A stretch of DNA of 64,000 bases, taken from assembly GCA_046538415.1 (NCBI GenBank), contig JBKHIY010000013.1, positions 747-64,746 on the forward strand, given 5' to 3'. The notes beneath the pieces are model-generated. The model did not search any database. It worked only from the letters and a program-made list of their open reading frames with translations, and had not been told where the DNA came from. Below are positions 9,214 to 20,339 of this stretch, in pieces. The position numbers were made by a program, and so were the translations under genes. How positions within the stretch are numbered: the first letter of the stretch is position 1; every line of letters begins with the position of its first letter. Source of the stretch: Candidatus Brocadiia bacterium (GTDB taxonomy: Bacteria; Planctomycetota; PUPC01; DSUN01).

Positions 9214-10406
9214 GACTCGGCCGGCCGCGGCTCCAGGGACGCGACTGGGCGGCGATCGCCGTGATCGTCGTGCTCCTGGCCATCGGGGTCACGTTCGTGC
9301 GCAGCGCGTCCTACCGCTCGGGGCCCATGGGCGAGGGCTACTACACGGCCAGCCCGGCCAAGCAGGTGGTGTGGGCCGCCTTCGGCGCCGTGGTCTTCGC
9401 GGGCGTGCTGTTCCTCAACTACCGCCACCTCCTGGAGCACGCCTACGTGCTCTACGGGCTGGGGCTGGTGCTCCTGGTGGCGGTGCTCTTCGTGGGGGTG
9501 ACCAGCGACGTGATCCACGCCCGGCGATGGCTCCAGGTGGGGCCCTTCCGCCTCCAGCCCTCGGAGCTGATGAAAATCCTGGTGATCCTGGCCCTGGCCC
9601 GCTACCTGATGTACAGCGAGCAGCACCGCCGCTTCGGCGGGCTGGCCGTGCCTTTCCTCATGGTGCTCGTGCCCATGGTGCTGATCGCCAAGGAGCCCGA
9701 CCTGGGCACCGCCCTGGTGCTCCTGCCCGTGGCCTTCGCGCTGCTCTACGTGGCCGCCGCGCGGTCCCGCCACCTGCTGCTCATCGTCCTCCTCATGGCC
9801 ACCGCGGCCCCCGTGGTGTGGCTCCACATGCGGCCCTACCAGAAGGAGCGGGTGCTCGCCTTCCTGGCCCAGGAGGACCGCAACGTGCGCGAGGAGTACC
9901 AGCTGCGCCAGGCCAAGGCGGCCATCGGGGCGGGCAGGCTGTGGGGCCGGGGGCTGGGGCAGGGGACGCAGAACCGCCTGAACTTCCTGCCCGCGGCCAA
10001 CAACGATTTCATCTTCGCCGTGATCTGCGAGGAATGGGGCTTCGTCGGCGCCAACGCCGTGCTCGCCCTCTACTTCCTCCTCCTCTTGCTGTGTCTGCGC
10101 ACCGCCGAGGACACCCACCACCCCGGGGGGCGCCTCATCGTGGTGGGCGTGGTGGCCATGGTGGGCTCCCAGGTGATCGTCAACACCGCCATGGCCGCGG
10201 GGCAACTGCCCATCGTGGGCCTCACCCTGCCGCTGATCAGCTACGGCGGCTCCTCGCTGCTCTCCTCCCTCATCGGCCTCGCCCTGGTGGTGAACGTGAG
10301 CACCTACCGCCAGGTGGCCCTGGCCGGCGACGACTTCGATCCCGAGGCCGAGGCCCGCCGGGCCACGGCTCCCATGCCCGAAGAAAGTTTCATGAGGCCC
10401 TCCTGA
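9210..10406 (+). CDS. rodA: Peptidoglycan glycosyltransferase RodA (SEDS family)
   Basis: A 10-TM protein with conserved SEDS motifs LQPSELMKI and NDFIFAVICEEWGFVG. The Shine-Dalgarno AAGGAGGGGGG precedes the ATG. Confidence 0.9.
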   Translation: MRLGRPRLQGRDWAAIAVIVVLLAIGVTFVRSASYRSGPMGEGYYTASPAKQVVWAAFGAVVFAGVLFLNYRHLLEHAYVLYGLGLVLLVAVLFVGVTSDVIHARRWLQVGPFRLQPSELMKILVILALARYLMYSEQHRRFGGLAVPFLMVLVPMVLIAKEPDLGTALVLLPVAFALLYVAAARSRHLLLIVLLMATAAPVVWLHMRPYQKERVLAFLAQEDRNVREEYQLRQAKAAIGAGRLWGRGLGQGTQNRLNFLPAANNDFIFAVICEEWGFVGANAVLALYFLLLLLCLRTAEDTHHPGGRLIVVGVVAMVGSQVIVNTAMAAGQLPIVGLTLPLISYGGSSLLSSLIGLALVVNVSTYRQVALAGDDFDPEAEARRATAPMPEESFMRPS

Positions 10407-10418
10407 CGCCCACCGACC

Positions 10419-12230
10419 ATGAGCGACCTGACCTACGACCCAATCCTCGACCGCGTCGAGCGCCCCGCCCAGTACATCGGCGGGGAGTGGAACGCCGTGG
10501 TCAAGGACCACGAGGCGGTGGACCTCACCGTGGCCCTCGCCTTTCCCGACACTTACGCCATCGGAATGTCCCACACCGGCCTGGCCATCCTCTACGAGAC
10601 GCTCAACCGCCAGCCCTGGATCGCCGCGGAGCGGGTCTTCATGCCCCAGCCCGACATGCAGGCCCAGCTCCAGGCCGCGGGCATCCCCCTGCTGAGCCTG
10701 GAGACGCGGACTCCGCTGGCCGAGTTCGACCTCGCGGGCTTCACCCTCCAGTACGAGATGTGCCTCACCAACGTGCTGGCGGTGCTCGAGCTGGCGGGCA
10801 TCCCCGTGCGGGCCGCCGACCGCGACGACGCCCAGCCCCTGGTCGTGGCCGGGGGCGTGGGCGCCATGGCCCCCGAGCCCATGGCCCCGTTCATCGACCT
10901 CTTCGCCGTGGGCGACGGCGAGCAGATGGCGGTGACCCTGGCCGAGGCGGCTCGCGACACCCGCGGGATGCCCCGCGAGCGGCGCCTGCGGGCCCTCGCC
11001 GCGGCGAGCCCCCACTTCTACGTGCCCGCGCTCTACCGCGAGCGGCGCGAGCCCTCTGGGCGCCTCGCCGGCCTCGAGCCGCTGGCCCCCGAGGCCCGTC
11101 CCGTGGTTCGCCGGGCCGTGGCCGACGACCTGGAAGAGGCTCCCTACCCGGTGCGGCCCATCGTGCCTTTCTGCGAGGTGGTGCACGACCGCATCGCGGT
11201 CGAGATCATGCGGGGCTGCACCCGGGGCTGCCGCTTCTGCCAGGCGGGGATGACCCGCCGCCCAGTGCGCCATCGCTCGGTCGAGACCCTCCGCGACCAG
11301 GCCCGCCAGGCCTACCGGGCCACGGGCCACGACGAGGTGAGCCTCACCTCGCTGTCCAGCAGCGACTATCCCGACCTGCCCGCCCTCATCGCGGCCATGG
11401 CCGAGACCTTCGACGGCCAGGCCGTGAACGTGGCTCTGCCGTCCCTGCGGGTCGACGACCAGCTGGCGGGCATCCCCCGGGCCATCCGCCGCGTGCGCAA
11501 GTCGGGCCTCACCCTGGCCCCCGAGGCGGCGCGCGAGGAGCTGCGGCGGCGGATCAACAAGGACATCCGCACCGACGACCTCCTGCGGGGCGTACGGCGG
11601 GCCTACCAGGAGGGCTGGCGTTCGGTGAAGCTCTACTTCATGATCGGCCTCCCCGGGGAGACCGAGGCCGACGTGGACGCCATCGTCGACCTGGCCTACG
11701 AGGTCTCCGCCCAGCGCGGCGGCAAGGGGGGCCACGTGAACGTCTCGGTGGCCTCCTTCGTACCCAAGCCCCACACCCCGTTCCAGTGGGAGCCCATGGA
11801 CGAGCCCCAGGTGCTGCGGGCCAAGCACGAGCGCATCCTGGCCCGGGCCCGGGGCCGGCGGGTGCGGTTCAAGTTCCACGACGCGGCCCGCAGCCACGTG
11901 GAGGCGGTGATCGCCCGGGGCGACCGGCGGGTGGCCGAAGCCATCGGCCAGGCTCGCCGCATGGGAGCCCAGCTCGACGCCTGGGACGAGCACTTCGACC
12001 ACCCTCGATGGCTCCGCGCCTTCGACTGGGCAGGCGTCGCCCCCGCGGCCTACGCCAACCGCCGCCGCGAGGACCACGAGCCGCTGCCCTGGGACCACAT
12101 CGACGCGGGGGTCACCAAGGCTTTCCTGCTCGAGGAGAAGCGCCGCGCCGAGCGCGGAGAGACCACCCCCGACTGCCGCTTCGGCCCCTGCTCCCGCTGC
12201 GGGGCCTGCCCCGGAACCCGAGAGGAGTGA
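10419..12230 (+). CDS. TIGR03960-family B12-binding-domain radical SAM protein
   Basis: 603 aa. The CxxxCxxC cluster motif is IMRGCTRGCRFCQAG. The N-terminal region ERPAQYIGGEWNAV is characteristic of the TIGR03960 family that commonly follows rodA/mreBCD. Confidence 0.8.
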   Translation: MSDLTYDPILDRVERPAQYIGGEWNAVVKDHEAVDLTVALAFPDTYAIGMSHTGLAILYETLNRQPWIAAERVFMPQPDMQAQLQAAGIPLLSLETRTPLAEFDLAGFTLQYEMCLTNVLAVLELAGIPVRAADRDDAQPLVVAGGVGAMAPEPMAPFIDLFAVGDGEQMAVTLAEAARDTRGMPRERRLRALAAASPHFYVPALYRERREPSGRLAGLEPLAPEARPVVRRAVADDLEEAPYPVRPIVPFCEVVHDRIAVEIMRGCTRGCRFCQAGMTRRPVRHRSVETLRDQARQAYRATGHDEVSLTSLSSSDYPDLPALIAAMAETFDGQAVNVALPSLRVDDQLAGIPRAIRRVRKSGLTLAPEAAREELRRRINKDIRTDDLLRGVRRAYQEGWRSVKLYFMIGLPGETEADVDAIVDLAYEVSAQRGGKGGHVNVSVASFVPKPHTPFQWEPMDEPQVLRAKHERILARARGRRVRFKFHDAARSHVEAVIARGDRRVAEAIGQARRMGAQLDAWDEHFDHPRWLRAFDWAGVAPAAYANRRREDHEPLPWDHIDAGVTKAFLLEEKRRAERGETTPDCRFGPCSRCGACPGTREE

Positions 12231-12237
12231 GCCCCCC

Positions 12238-13083
12238 GTGGAACGCCCCGTGACCTTCCGCAAGGACGGCCGCCTGGTGGGCATCCTGCACGAGCCCGAG
12301 GGCCAGGCCCGGGGCGCGGGCGTGGTCTTCATCCACGGCTGGTCGGGCTACCGGGCGGGCCCCCACCGGATGTTCGTGGAGGCCGCGCGGCGGCTGTGTG
12401 CCCAGGGCTACCACGCCCTGCGCTTCGACCTGCGGGGCCGGGGCGATAGCGAAGGCCAGGTGGCGGCCACGGACCTGGACGGAATGGTCGACGACGCGCG
12501 GGCGGCCCGCCGCTTCCTCCTCCAGGAGACGGCGGTGGCGGCCACCTACTGGCTGGGCATCTGCTCGGGCGGCAACGTGGCCCTGGGCGCCGCCTCGCTG
12601 GAGAAGGACGTGGACGGCCTGGTGCTGTGGTCCACGCCGCTGTTCGCGCCCCAGAAGAGCCGCGGCCAGGAGGCCGTGCGCCGGGGCATGTTCTTCGTGG
12701 AATACGCCAGGAAGCTCTTCCGGCGGGAGACCTGGGCCAAGGTGCTTCGGGGGCGGGTGCGCCTGGGCATCATCGCCCGCATCCTCTTCGGCCGCCGAGA
12801 GCCGGCCGAGGGCCAGCGGGACCCCAAGGACTCGCGGCGCGACGTGATGGCCGACCTGCGCGGCTACCGCGGCAGGGCCCTCTTCGTCTACGGGAGCAAG
12901 GACGACGAGGCGGTGGGCGCCCCCGGCTACTACCGCGCCTTCTGTCGCCAGGAGGGCATCCCCGCCCGCTTCCACACCGTCGAGGGAGCCAACCACAGCT
13001 ACTACTCGGTGGCGTGGACGGAGGAGGTGCTCGACCGGACCCTGGCGTGGCTGGCCGAGGCGTCGGAGGGGCAGGCGTCGTAG
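12238..13083 (+). CDS. Alpha/beta-fold hydrolase
   Basis: 281 aa. GVVFIHGWSGYRAG and a nucleophile-elbow-like GICSGGNVAL (GxSxG variant) are present. The start codon is GTG. Confidence 0.7.
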   Translation: MERPVTFRKDGRLVGILHEPEGQARGAGVVFIHGWSGYRAGPHRMFVEAARRLCAQGYHALRFDLRGRGDSEGQVAATDLDGMVDDARAARRFLLQETAVAATYWLGICSGGNVALGAASLEKDVDGLVLWSTPLFAPQKSRGQEAVRRGMFFVEYARKLFRRETWAKVLRGRVRLGIIARILFGRREPAEGQRDPKDSRRDVMADLRGYRGRALFVYGSKDDEAVGAPGYYRAFCRQEGIPARFHTVEGANHSYYSVAWTEEVLDRTLAWLAEASEGQAS

Positions 13084-13108
13084 GAACGTCCGGGAGGGAC
13101 CGCGGGCC

Positions 13109-13153
13109 CAAGACGAAGACCTCCCCTTCCGACCACGGGAAGAGGAGGTCTTG
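13109..13153. terminator. Bidirectional stem-loop between convergent genes
   Basis: An inverted repeat AAGACCTCC...GGAGGTCTT surrounds an inner CTTCC/GGAAG repeat and is followed by TTGGTTT on the + strand. It lies between the convergent hydrolase gene and the histone-fold gene. Confidence 0.4.
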
Positions 13154-13177
13154 GTTTCACTACCAGAGGCTGGGAGG

Positions 13178-13393
13178 CTAGAGGTCCTGGGGCTTGACCG
13201 TGGCGCGCTTGTTGGCCTTGGCCCGCTCGATGGCCTTATCCAGGGCGCAGGTCACCATGTCGTTGAGCGCCTCGAGGAGCTCACCGGACATCATGGCCTT
13301 CTTGCCGCGGATGTAGGCTCGCACCTTGGTGCCCACGACCAGCGTATCCTTGGGCGCTTTCTTCTTCTTCGACTTCTTCTTCGACTTGGCCAT
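13178..13393 (-). CDS. Bacterial histone-fold protein (archaeal HMf-like singlet histone)
   Basis: 71 aa reading MAKSKKKSKKKKAPKDTLVVGTKVRAYIRGKKAMMSGELLEALNDMVTCALDKAIERAKANKRATVKPQDL. The C-terminal half aligns by eye with archaeal HMfB (…[33 protein letters not shown]). There is a lysine-rich N-terminal tail. An ATG with the Shine-Dalgarno GGAGAG sits 24 codons inside the annotated ORF. Confidence 0.55.
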   Translation of the reverse strand: MAKSKKKSKKKKAPKDTLVVGTKVRAYIRGKKAMMSGELLEALNDMVTCALDKAIERAKANKRATVKPQDL

Positions 13394-13476
13394 TCTCTCC
13401 TCTACCCCCTTCTGGAAAAAGACACCGGTCAAACGGGTGCGCGGCACGCGCCGGCCCGCTACCACACGCTGCCCCC

Positions 13477-13505
13477 TATATAATCGCGGGGGCCGGGCTT
13501 GTCAA
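13477..13505 (-). promoter_or_regulatory. Sigma70-consensus promoter for the histone-fold gene
   Basis: The minus strand reads gattttttgc-TTGACA-agcccggcccccgcgat(17)-TATATA. There is a perfect -35 box, a 17-nt spacer, a 5/6 -10 box and an upstream T-tract resembling an UP element. This is rare in a 70% GC background. Confidence 0.55.
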
Positions 13506-13566
13506 GCAAAAAATCGCCGTAGCGGGCTGTTCCTGGGAGCATGAGCCGATTCGCGGCACTGCGCAC

Positions 13567-14661
<1,095 letters not shown>

Positions 14662-14695
14662 GGCGTGTGCTCCTGTGTTGGCGGTGCGGGCCTGA

Positions 14696-17600
14696 TCATT
14701 GCTGAGCGGCGATGCGGACGATGCGGAAGCGCGGCGACTCGCCGGGCACCTCGCCCAGGATCCGAGGGGGCCGCACGGCGGGCCGGCGCGTCTCCTCCTC
14801 GACCACGGCGTAGAGCGAGCGGCCCAGGAGCTGGAGGGCGTGGAGCCGACCCTTGCCCACGGACACCTCCTGAGCCTCCTCGCCGGTCCGCGGATCCAGG
14901 GTCAGCACGGCCGCGGCCTGGGCGTCGACTACGTCGCTGCGGCTGAGGCCGAGGAAGAGCGCCTGGGGAGCAGCGCACCAGTCGTCCAGCGTGGTGTCCC
15001 GCTCGAGGGCGTACTCCCAGGCGACCTCGCCGCTACGGGCATCCAGGCGCACGAGGGTGGCCACGCCGGCTCGGCGCGTCGCTGCGTAGAGAGCCTGCGG
15101 GGTCAGGGCAGCCCGCTGGAGGCTCTCTCCGCGCTGGAGGGCCAGCGACCAGAGGGCCTCGCCGCTGTCCGCCCGGCGGCATTCCAGGACCTCCAGGCCG
15201 CGGCCGTCCTCCCCGTGGGCCACCAGGCGCTGCCCCGCGACCCACAGGCGGCGCGAAGCGAAGTTCTCCACCCGCCGGCTCCACACCAGCTCCTCCGCCG
15301 CGGCGTCGTAGCAGCCCAGGGTGGAGCCCATGGCATAGCACAGCCGGCCACGGCCCGCGGGAGCGAGCAGCGGCGGCGTGAGGGCCCGCCGGGCCTCGAC
15401 GCGGAAGAGGAGCCGCCCGTCGAAAGGGTTGAGGATCTCGACGGCCGAGGGCTGCGCGTAGGCCGCCACCAGCCCGTGCTCCCAGAGGGCCAGCCGGCGC
15501 AGCGATGGGCCGGCCAGGGGGCGGGTCCACAGCACGCGTCCCGTCTGGGGGTCGAGCGCGAAGAGCCGCTGACGCTCGTCGGCGATCGCCACGATGCCAG
15601 GGGCGCTGGCGGAGGCCCACGCCGCGCCGTCCGCCTCGAGGCCCCCGGCGCTCTGCTCCAGGGCGAACGACCAGGCCCGGGCCCCCCCCTCGACGCGGAT
15701 GGCGTCGAGGCGCTGCTCGCGCCGCACGAACACGCAGCCGCCGGCCAGCCCCACGAAGCTGTGGGGCTGGAGGTGGAACTCGCCGGCCTGGGTGGGCCGC
15801 TCGCCCAGCTCCAGATGTATCTTGTGCTCCTCGCCGTCCCGCAGGAAGCGCACGGCCACCCGGGTGCCCGGGCGGCGGGCCAGGCAGGTGTCGATCAGCT
15901 CGGTTACGTGGCGCACCGCTCGAGCGTCGAAGCTCACGATCACGTCGCCGTTGCGAAGCCCCGCCCGCGCCGCCGGCGTCCCGTGCACCACGCCTCGCAC
16001 GAGCACCCCGCCCTTGCGGCGATCGGCGTCCAGGATATGGATGCCGATCCACCCCGGGCGGTCGGCCCACCGCAGCGCCCCGTCGGCCGCCTCGCGGCAC
16101 TCGAAGGAGCGGCCCACCAGGAGGAAGAACTCGTCCGCCCCACCGCGGTCGCCCGCCACGTAGAGCTCCGACGAGCCGTATTCCTGGGGCACCCCCCACT
16201 GGACGGCCAGCGGAGGAGCCAGCGTAGGGGCCTCGGCGGGCCTCGGGGCGCGGAAATGCTCGGCCAGGAGGGCCTCGGGCTCGACCTTCGCCGAGGCCGC
16301 ACGTCCGTCCACCACGGCTCGCCACTCGGGGTGCTCGCGCCCCAGGGCGCGCAGGGCGCCGCGGGCCATGGCCCTGGCCCCTGCCCTGGCGTGGACCAGG
16401 GCCAGGCGGTAGAGGGCCTCGGGGGCGTGGGGCGAGGCGGGATAGTCGTGGGCCAGGCGGTGGAGCCACAGCTTGGCCTGGGCGAGCCGCCCGTCGCGCC
16501 GCGCCGCGGCCGCCAGGCCGAGGAGGGCCTGCGGGGCCGCGCGGCTGTTGGGATAGCGGCGCACAACCTCCTGAAGGCTCCGCTGACTGCCCTCGCGGAG
16601 CGCCGCGGCAGCTTCCTGCTCGAACCGCTCGTAGAGCCCCCTGCCGGCCCGGGCCAGCAGGTCGCCCAGCCCGCGGCGGGCCTCTTGCCAGTCGGGCCCG
16701 CGCGGCTCCGCGGCGGCGAGCACATGGTGGTAGGCCTCGATCGCTTCGTCCCATTGGCGAAGCGTGGTGCACAGGCGGGCCACGCGGAGGTGGAGGCACG
16801 GGGCCTCCAGGGGCTCGGCGTAGCGCAGGGCGGCCCGGGCGGCGTTGAGGGCCATGTCGTGCCTGCGGGCCTCCTGGTGGCGGCGCGAGAGGGCGGCGTA
16901 GGAGGCGGACAGGCGTCGGCGGACGTCGCCCAGCTCGCCGGCCGACAGGGCCTCGGGGTGCTGGGCGGCCAGCTCCAGGGTCTTCTCGAACGCGGCGGCG
17001 GCGGCCGCCAGGTCGCCTTCCCACTGGTGCTCCTTGGCCACGGCGAAGTGCACCCTGGGGTCCTGCGGGTTGCGGGCCAGCTCGCGCTCCAGGGCCGGGC
17101 GCGGCTCCAGGGGGGAGAAGACGTTGAGGGTGAAGGGGGTAGCCACAAACAACCTGCCCTCGGCGATCAACAGGTCGCCCGAGGACAGATCGGCGTCCCA
17201 CGTCGGCTCGTGGGTGCTCTTCCACTCGGCCCAGGACGTCTCGGCCAGCTTGTGCCCCGTCCTGGCGTCCAGGAACAGCAGCCCCCCGTCCACGGGCAGG
17301 TGGAGGACGTGGCCGGCGAGGGCCGGCCGGCCCACCACCTCGGCCGGCACGTGGGCCTCCCATTCGAGCTCGCCTTCGGCGCTCAGCGACGCGGCCCGGC
17401 GGCCCGCGAGGTAGACGCCGCCTCGGTCGGCCGCGGCCAGGTAGTGGTGGTCCTGACGTTCGGCCCGCCAGAGGAACCGCCCGGTGGCCAGGTCCAGGGC
17501 GTAGAGGAAGTCCGAGTCGACGGGCGTCACGTAGGCCACGCCGTCGGCCACGACAGGCGTGGGCGTTCGCCAGCCGTCGTGGAGGACGATGCGTCCGGTC

Positions 17601-19264
17601 CGCACCGCGGCTTCGTCCGCCTGGTCGTAGCGAAACAGCCAGGCCAGTCGCCCTGTGGCGGTCTCCGCCGCGGCCACGATGCCCCCGCCCGCGCAGGCGA
17701 CCACCAGCCCATCGCCGGACGCGGGCATTCCCTCGAACCACTGCTGGTGGAGGCCGATGCGGAAGAAGCGGCTGGCCGGACGGCTGCACACGAAGCGCCG
17801 CCACAGCAACCCGCCGTCGCGGGCACGCAGGGCGCACAGATGGTACTCGTGGCCCGTCTCCCCGGCGCGCAGGCCGACCATCAGGCGCTCCCCGCGGGGG
17901 AGTGGCGGCGACACGAACCAGCCGCTGGCCAGCGGCTTGGGCAGATGCTCCTCCGCACCATGCTGCCAGCGCAGGGCGCCTCGCGCCGCGCCCACCGCCA
18001 GCATCTCGCCCACCATCTCCTGGCCGCGCACCCGGTGGGAGGTGCGCAGCATGGGGAAGGAGCAGTAGACCCGCTGGCCCCGGGCCGAGCACCACCAGCG
18101 GCCCACGGAGGACGACGTGGCGGTGGAAAAGGGCTCGACCAGGCGCCCGCTCGTGGGCGGCCAGGGCAGCTCCCACAGCAGCTTCCCGGAGTCCAGGTCG
18201 CGAGCCACCACGCCCCCCCTGGAGGGGTAGATCACCCGCCCCTGTCCCACCGCGGGCAGCACCCACACGGGTGGGCGGTAGGGCCTCGCCGCACGGCGCG
18301 CGGCCTGGCGCCCGGAGCGGAAGGCCGCGGCCTGGGCCACGGCCTTGGCGTGGATCAGATCGGACCACAGCAGGGGGCCTGGGCGGACCGGGGTCGCCGC
18401 GTCGGGCCGCGCCGGGCAACCGCCCGGGTAGGCCCACTCGCTGGCTTCCGTGGCCAGACGGGGCAGGCGGTCCAAGACCTTGGCATACGCGGCGAGCGGG
18501 ATACGCCGGCCGGCCACCGCCAGCGTGGCCCCCGGGCCGGCCTCGTTCGCCGCTCGGCGGAGCAGCGCCCGGGCGGCCGCGGGACGGCCCAGGCGCTGGA
18601 GGCAGGTGGCCAGCTTGGCCGCCGTGGCCACCAGGTCGGTATCCGTATCCGAGCACAGCCGGAGCAGGCGCCGCCAGGCGCGGAGGGCCTGGCCCGCCTT
18701 CCCCCGGGCGAGCCACGCCGTGGCCAGGCGGTCGAGCGCGTCGTCGCCCCAGGAGCTGAGCAGAAAGCGCTGCGCCACGAGCCTGAGCGCGGCGAGGTCG
18801 CCGCTGGCCACCGCGGCGTGGTAGAGCTCCGCCGCCCGCCCGTCCACCGCCGCCCGGTAGACCCGGCGCCCCTCGGGGGGCAGGGCGGCCAGCCGCTCTT
18901 CGACGAAGCTGCGGATAGGCACGTAGCGGCGAGGCTCGGGATGGCACAGCTCGTGGGGAGCCTCGTCCACCAGGCGCTGGTAGAGCTCGATGGCCTGGCT
19001 CCATCGCTCGTCCTGCTCCAGCCGACGGGCCCGCTCCAGGGCCGCGTTGGGCCGGGAATGCGGCGAGTAGTCGGCCGTCACCGCCCCTTCGGGCTCGGCC
19101 AGGCTGGCGCCCGAGGAGGGCCGGGGGGCCGTCGCCGCCAGGCTCCGGCGAAGAGCGGCTGCCAGGCGCCCTCGGGCCGTGGGCTCCGGCTCCGCGCCCC
19201 AGCTCGCCGTCGCTGCCAACAACAAGACCAGCGCGTTGACCGCTGGACGCATGCAGAAACTCAC
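14696..19264 (-). CDS. Giant secreted multidomain protein with TPR-like regions, two PQQ-like beta-propellers and a PDZ domain
   Basis: 1522 aa. The N-terminal signal peptide is [22 protein letters not shown]. Repeated motifs such as ALDxxTGxxLW and AxDAxTGxxxW resemble BamB/PQQ blades. A PDZ-like segment reads [33 protein letters not shown] central TPR region resembles YbgF. Its stop lies 35 bp from the moxR start. Confidence 0.7.
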   Translation of the reverse strand: MSFCMRPAVNALVLLLAATASWGAEPEPTARGRLAAALRRSLAATAPRPSSGASLAEPEGAVTADYSPHSRPNAALERARRLEQDERWSQAIELYQRLVDEAPHELCHPEPRRYVPIRSFVEERLAALPPEGRRVYRAAVDGRAAELYHAAVASGDLAALRLVAQRFLLSSWGDDALDRLATAWLARGKAGQALRAWRRLLRLCSDTDTDLVATAAKLATCLQRLGRPAAARALLRRAANEAGPGATLAVAGRRIPLAAYAKVLDRLPRLATEASEWAYPGGCPARPDAATPVRPGPLLWSDLIHAKAVAQAAAFRSGRQAARRAARPYRPPVWVLPAVGQGRVIYPSRGGVVARDLDSGKLLWELPWPPTSGRLVEPFSTATSSSVGRWWCSARGQRVYCSFPMLRTSHRVRGQEMVGEMLAVGAARGALRWQHGAEEHLPKPLASGWFVSPPLPRGERLMVGLRAGETGHEYHLCALRARDGGLLWRRFVCSRPASRFFRIGLHQQWFEGMPASGDGLVVACAGGGIVAAAETATGRLAWLFRYDQADEAAVRTGRIVLHDGWRTPTPVVADGVAYVTPVDSDFLYALDLATGRFLWRAERQDHHYLAAADRGGVYLAGRRAASLSAEGELEWEAHVPAEVVGRPALAGHVLHLPVDGGLLFLDARTGHKLAETSWAEWKSTHEPTWDADLSSGDLLIAEGRLFVATPFTLNVFSPLEPRPALERELARNPQDPRVHFAVAKEHQWEGDLAAAAAAFEKTLELAAQHPEALSAGELGDVRRRLSASYAALSRRHQEARRHDMALNAARAALRYAEPLEAPCLHLRVARLCTTLRQWDEAIEAYHHVLAAAEPRGPDWQEARRGLGDLLARAGRGLYERFEQEAAAALREGSQRSLQEVVRRYPNSRAAPQALLGLAAAARRDGRLAQAKLWLHRLAHDYPASPHAPEALYRLALVHARAGARAMARGALRALGREHPEWRAVVDGRAASAKVEPEALLAEHFRAPRPAEAPTLAPPLAVQWGVPQEYGSSELYVAGDRGGADEFFLLVGRSFECREAADGALRWADRPGWIGIHILDADRRKGGVLVRGVVHGTPAARAGLRNGDVIVSFDARAVRHVTELIDTCLARRPGTRVAVRFLRDGEEHKIHLELGERPTQAGEFHLQPHSFVGLAGGCVFVRREQRLDAIRVEGGARAWSFALEQSAGGLEADGAAWASASAPGIVAIADERQRLFALDPQTGRVLWTRPLAGPSLRRLALWEHGLVAAYAQPSAVEILNPFDGRLLFRVEARRALTPPLLAPAGRGRLCYAMGSTLGCYDAAAEELVWSRRVENFASRRLWVAGQRLVAHGEDGRGLEVLECRRADSGEALWSLALQRGESLQRAALTPQALYAATRRAGVATLVRLDARSGEVAWEYALERDTTLDDWCAAPQALFLGLSRSDVVDAQAAAVLTLDPRTGEEAQEVSVGKGRLHALQLLGRSLYAVVEEETRRPAVRPPRILGEVPGESPRFRIVRIAAQQ

Positions 19265-19485
19265 TGAAAACTAGAACATACGACGGATACCGAACCCATC
19301 TTAGTATGCGCCCCGAGGGAAGTCAAGAACGCCCACGGCGGCGGCGAACGACTGGCGGCGGCCGCAACCGCACGCTGCGACGCCCGCGTCTTCCTTCCGG
19401 CGAGCGGCGGGACGCGGCCCGGGGCGGCGCCCTGGCCCACAGCCGCGGGCCGGTGGCTCCCGGAGCGCGTAACCTGCAAGGGCGC

Positions 19486-19514
19486 TTGACCTTCCGTAAT
19501 GCATGTGATACAGT
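19486..19514 (+). promoter_or_regulatory. Putative promoter for rnc
   Basis: TTGACC-N17-TACAGT, with a TG motif at the extended -10 position (tgaTACAGT). It lies about 45 nt upstream of the rnc ATG. Confidence 0.35.
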
Positions 19515-19558
19515 TGCAGCGGCTTACGCAAGCGGCTGAGCGAGCTGAGGAAGCTCCC

Positions 19559-20299
19559 ATGGACCAGGAGCGCGTCGAGGCCTGCGAGCGGGCCATCGGC
19601 TACCGATTCAGCGAGTCCTTCTGGCTCCAGAAGGCCCTCATCCACTCCTCGAATCGCAGCGACGAGGGACTGAGCAACGAGCGCATGGAGTTCCTGGGCG
19701 ACGCCATCCTGGGAATGGTCACCTCGGAATACCTCTTCCACACCTATCCCGAACACACGGAGGGCGAGCTGACGGCCATCAAGAGCATCGTGGTCAGCCA
19801 GCGCACCCTGGCCCGCCACGGCCGCGAGCTCCAGCTCGACGAATTCCTGTCCGTGGGTCGGGGGATGAGCGTGGCCCGGCGGCTGCCCAATTCGGTGGTG
19901 GCCAACGTCTTCGAGGCCCTGGTGGCGGCCATTTACCTCGACGCCGGCCTGGCCGCGGCCCGCCAGTTCGTCCTTCGCAACCTCGAAGCCGAAATCGAAG
20001 AGGCCGAGCGCACCAAGCACGCGGTCAACTACAAGTCGCAACTCCAGCAGCTCGCCCAGCGAGAGCTCGCCTGCACCCCCACCTACCGGGTGGTCGAGGA
20101 AGCAGGGCCCGACCACGCCAAGTCGTTCCGCGTGGTCACCGTGATCAACGACGTGGACTACGGCACGGGCTGGGGGCGGAACAAGAAGGAAGCCGAGCAA
20201 CGCTCGGCCAAGGAGAGCCTGGCGGTGCTCAAGGCCGAGGTCGAACTGGCGGGCGACGAGACCGCGGGCAGCGTGGAGACGGAAGCCGCCGAGAGCTGA
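19559..20299 (+). CDS. rnc: Ribonuclease III
   Basis: The RNase III signature is ERMEFLGDAILG. A C-terminal dsRBD is present. The Shine-Dalgarno GAGGAAG precedes an internal ATG. The ORF track begins 20 codons earlier. Confidence 0.9.
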   Translation: MDQERVEACERAIGYRFSESFWLQKALIHSSNRSDEGLSNERMEFLGDAILGMVTSEYLFHTYPEHTEGELTAIKSIVVSQRTLARHGRELQLDEFLSVGRGMSVARRLPNSVVANVFEALVAAIYLDAGLAAARQFVLRNLEAEIEEAERTKHAVNYKSQLQQLAQRELACTPTYRVVEEAGPDHAKSFRVVTVINDVDYGTGWGRNKKEAEQRSAKESLAVLKAEVELAGDETAGSVETEAAES

Positions 20300-20339
20300 G
20301 GCGTCGGCACCCCCCGGCGCCCTGTCCCTGGGGTCAGCG

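Noticed and set aside
7332-12253. Very long + strand ORFs (1024 aa and 1312 aa) and a 1065-aa minus-strand ORF spanning mrdA, rodA and the radical SAM gene
   Set aside because: They are Arg/Pro/Gly/Ala low-complexity translations with no domains. The true genes are in other frames with clear motifs.
14699-19267. 1522-aa + strand ORF that exactly mirrors the giant minus-strand gene
   Set aside because: The minus-strand product has a signal peptide and TPR, PQQ and PDZ motifs. The + strand translation is Gly/Arg/Pro-rich antisense artefact. The same applies to 15033-19004.
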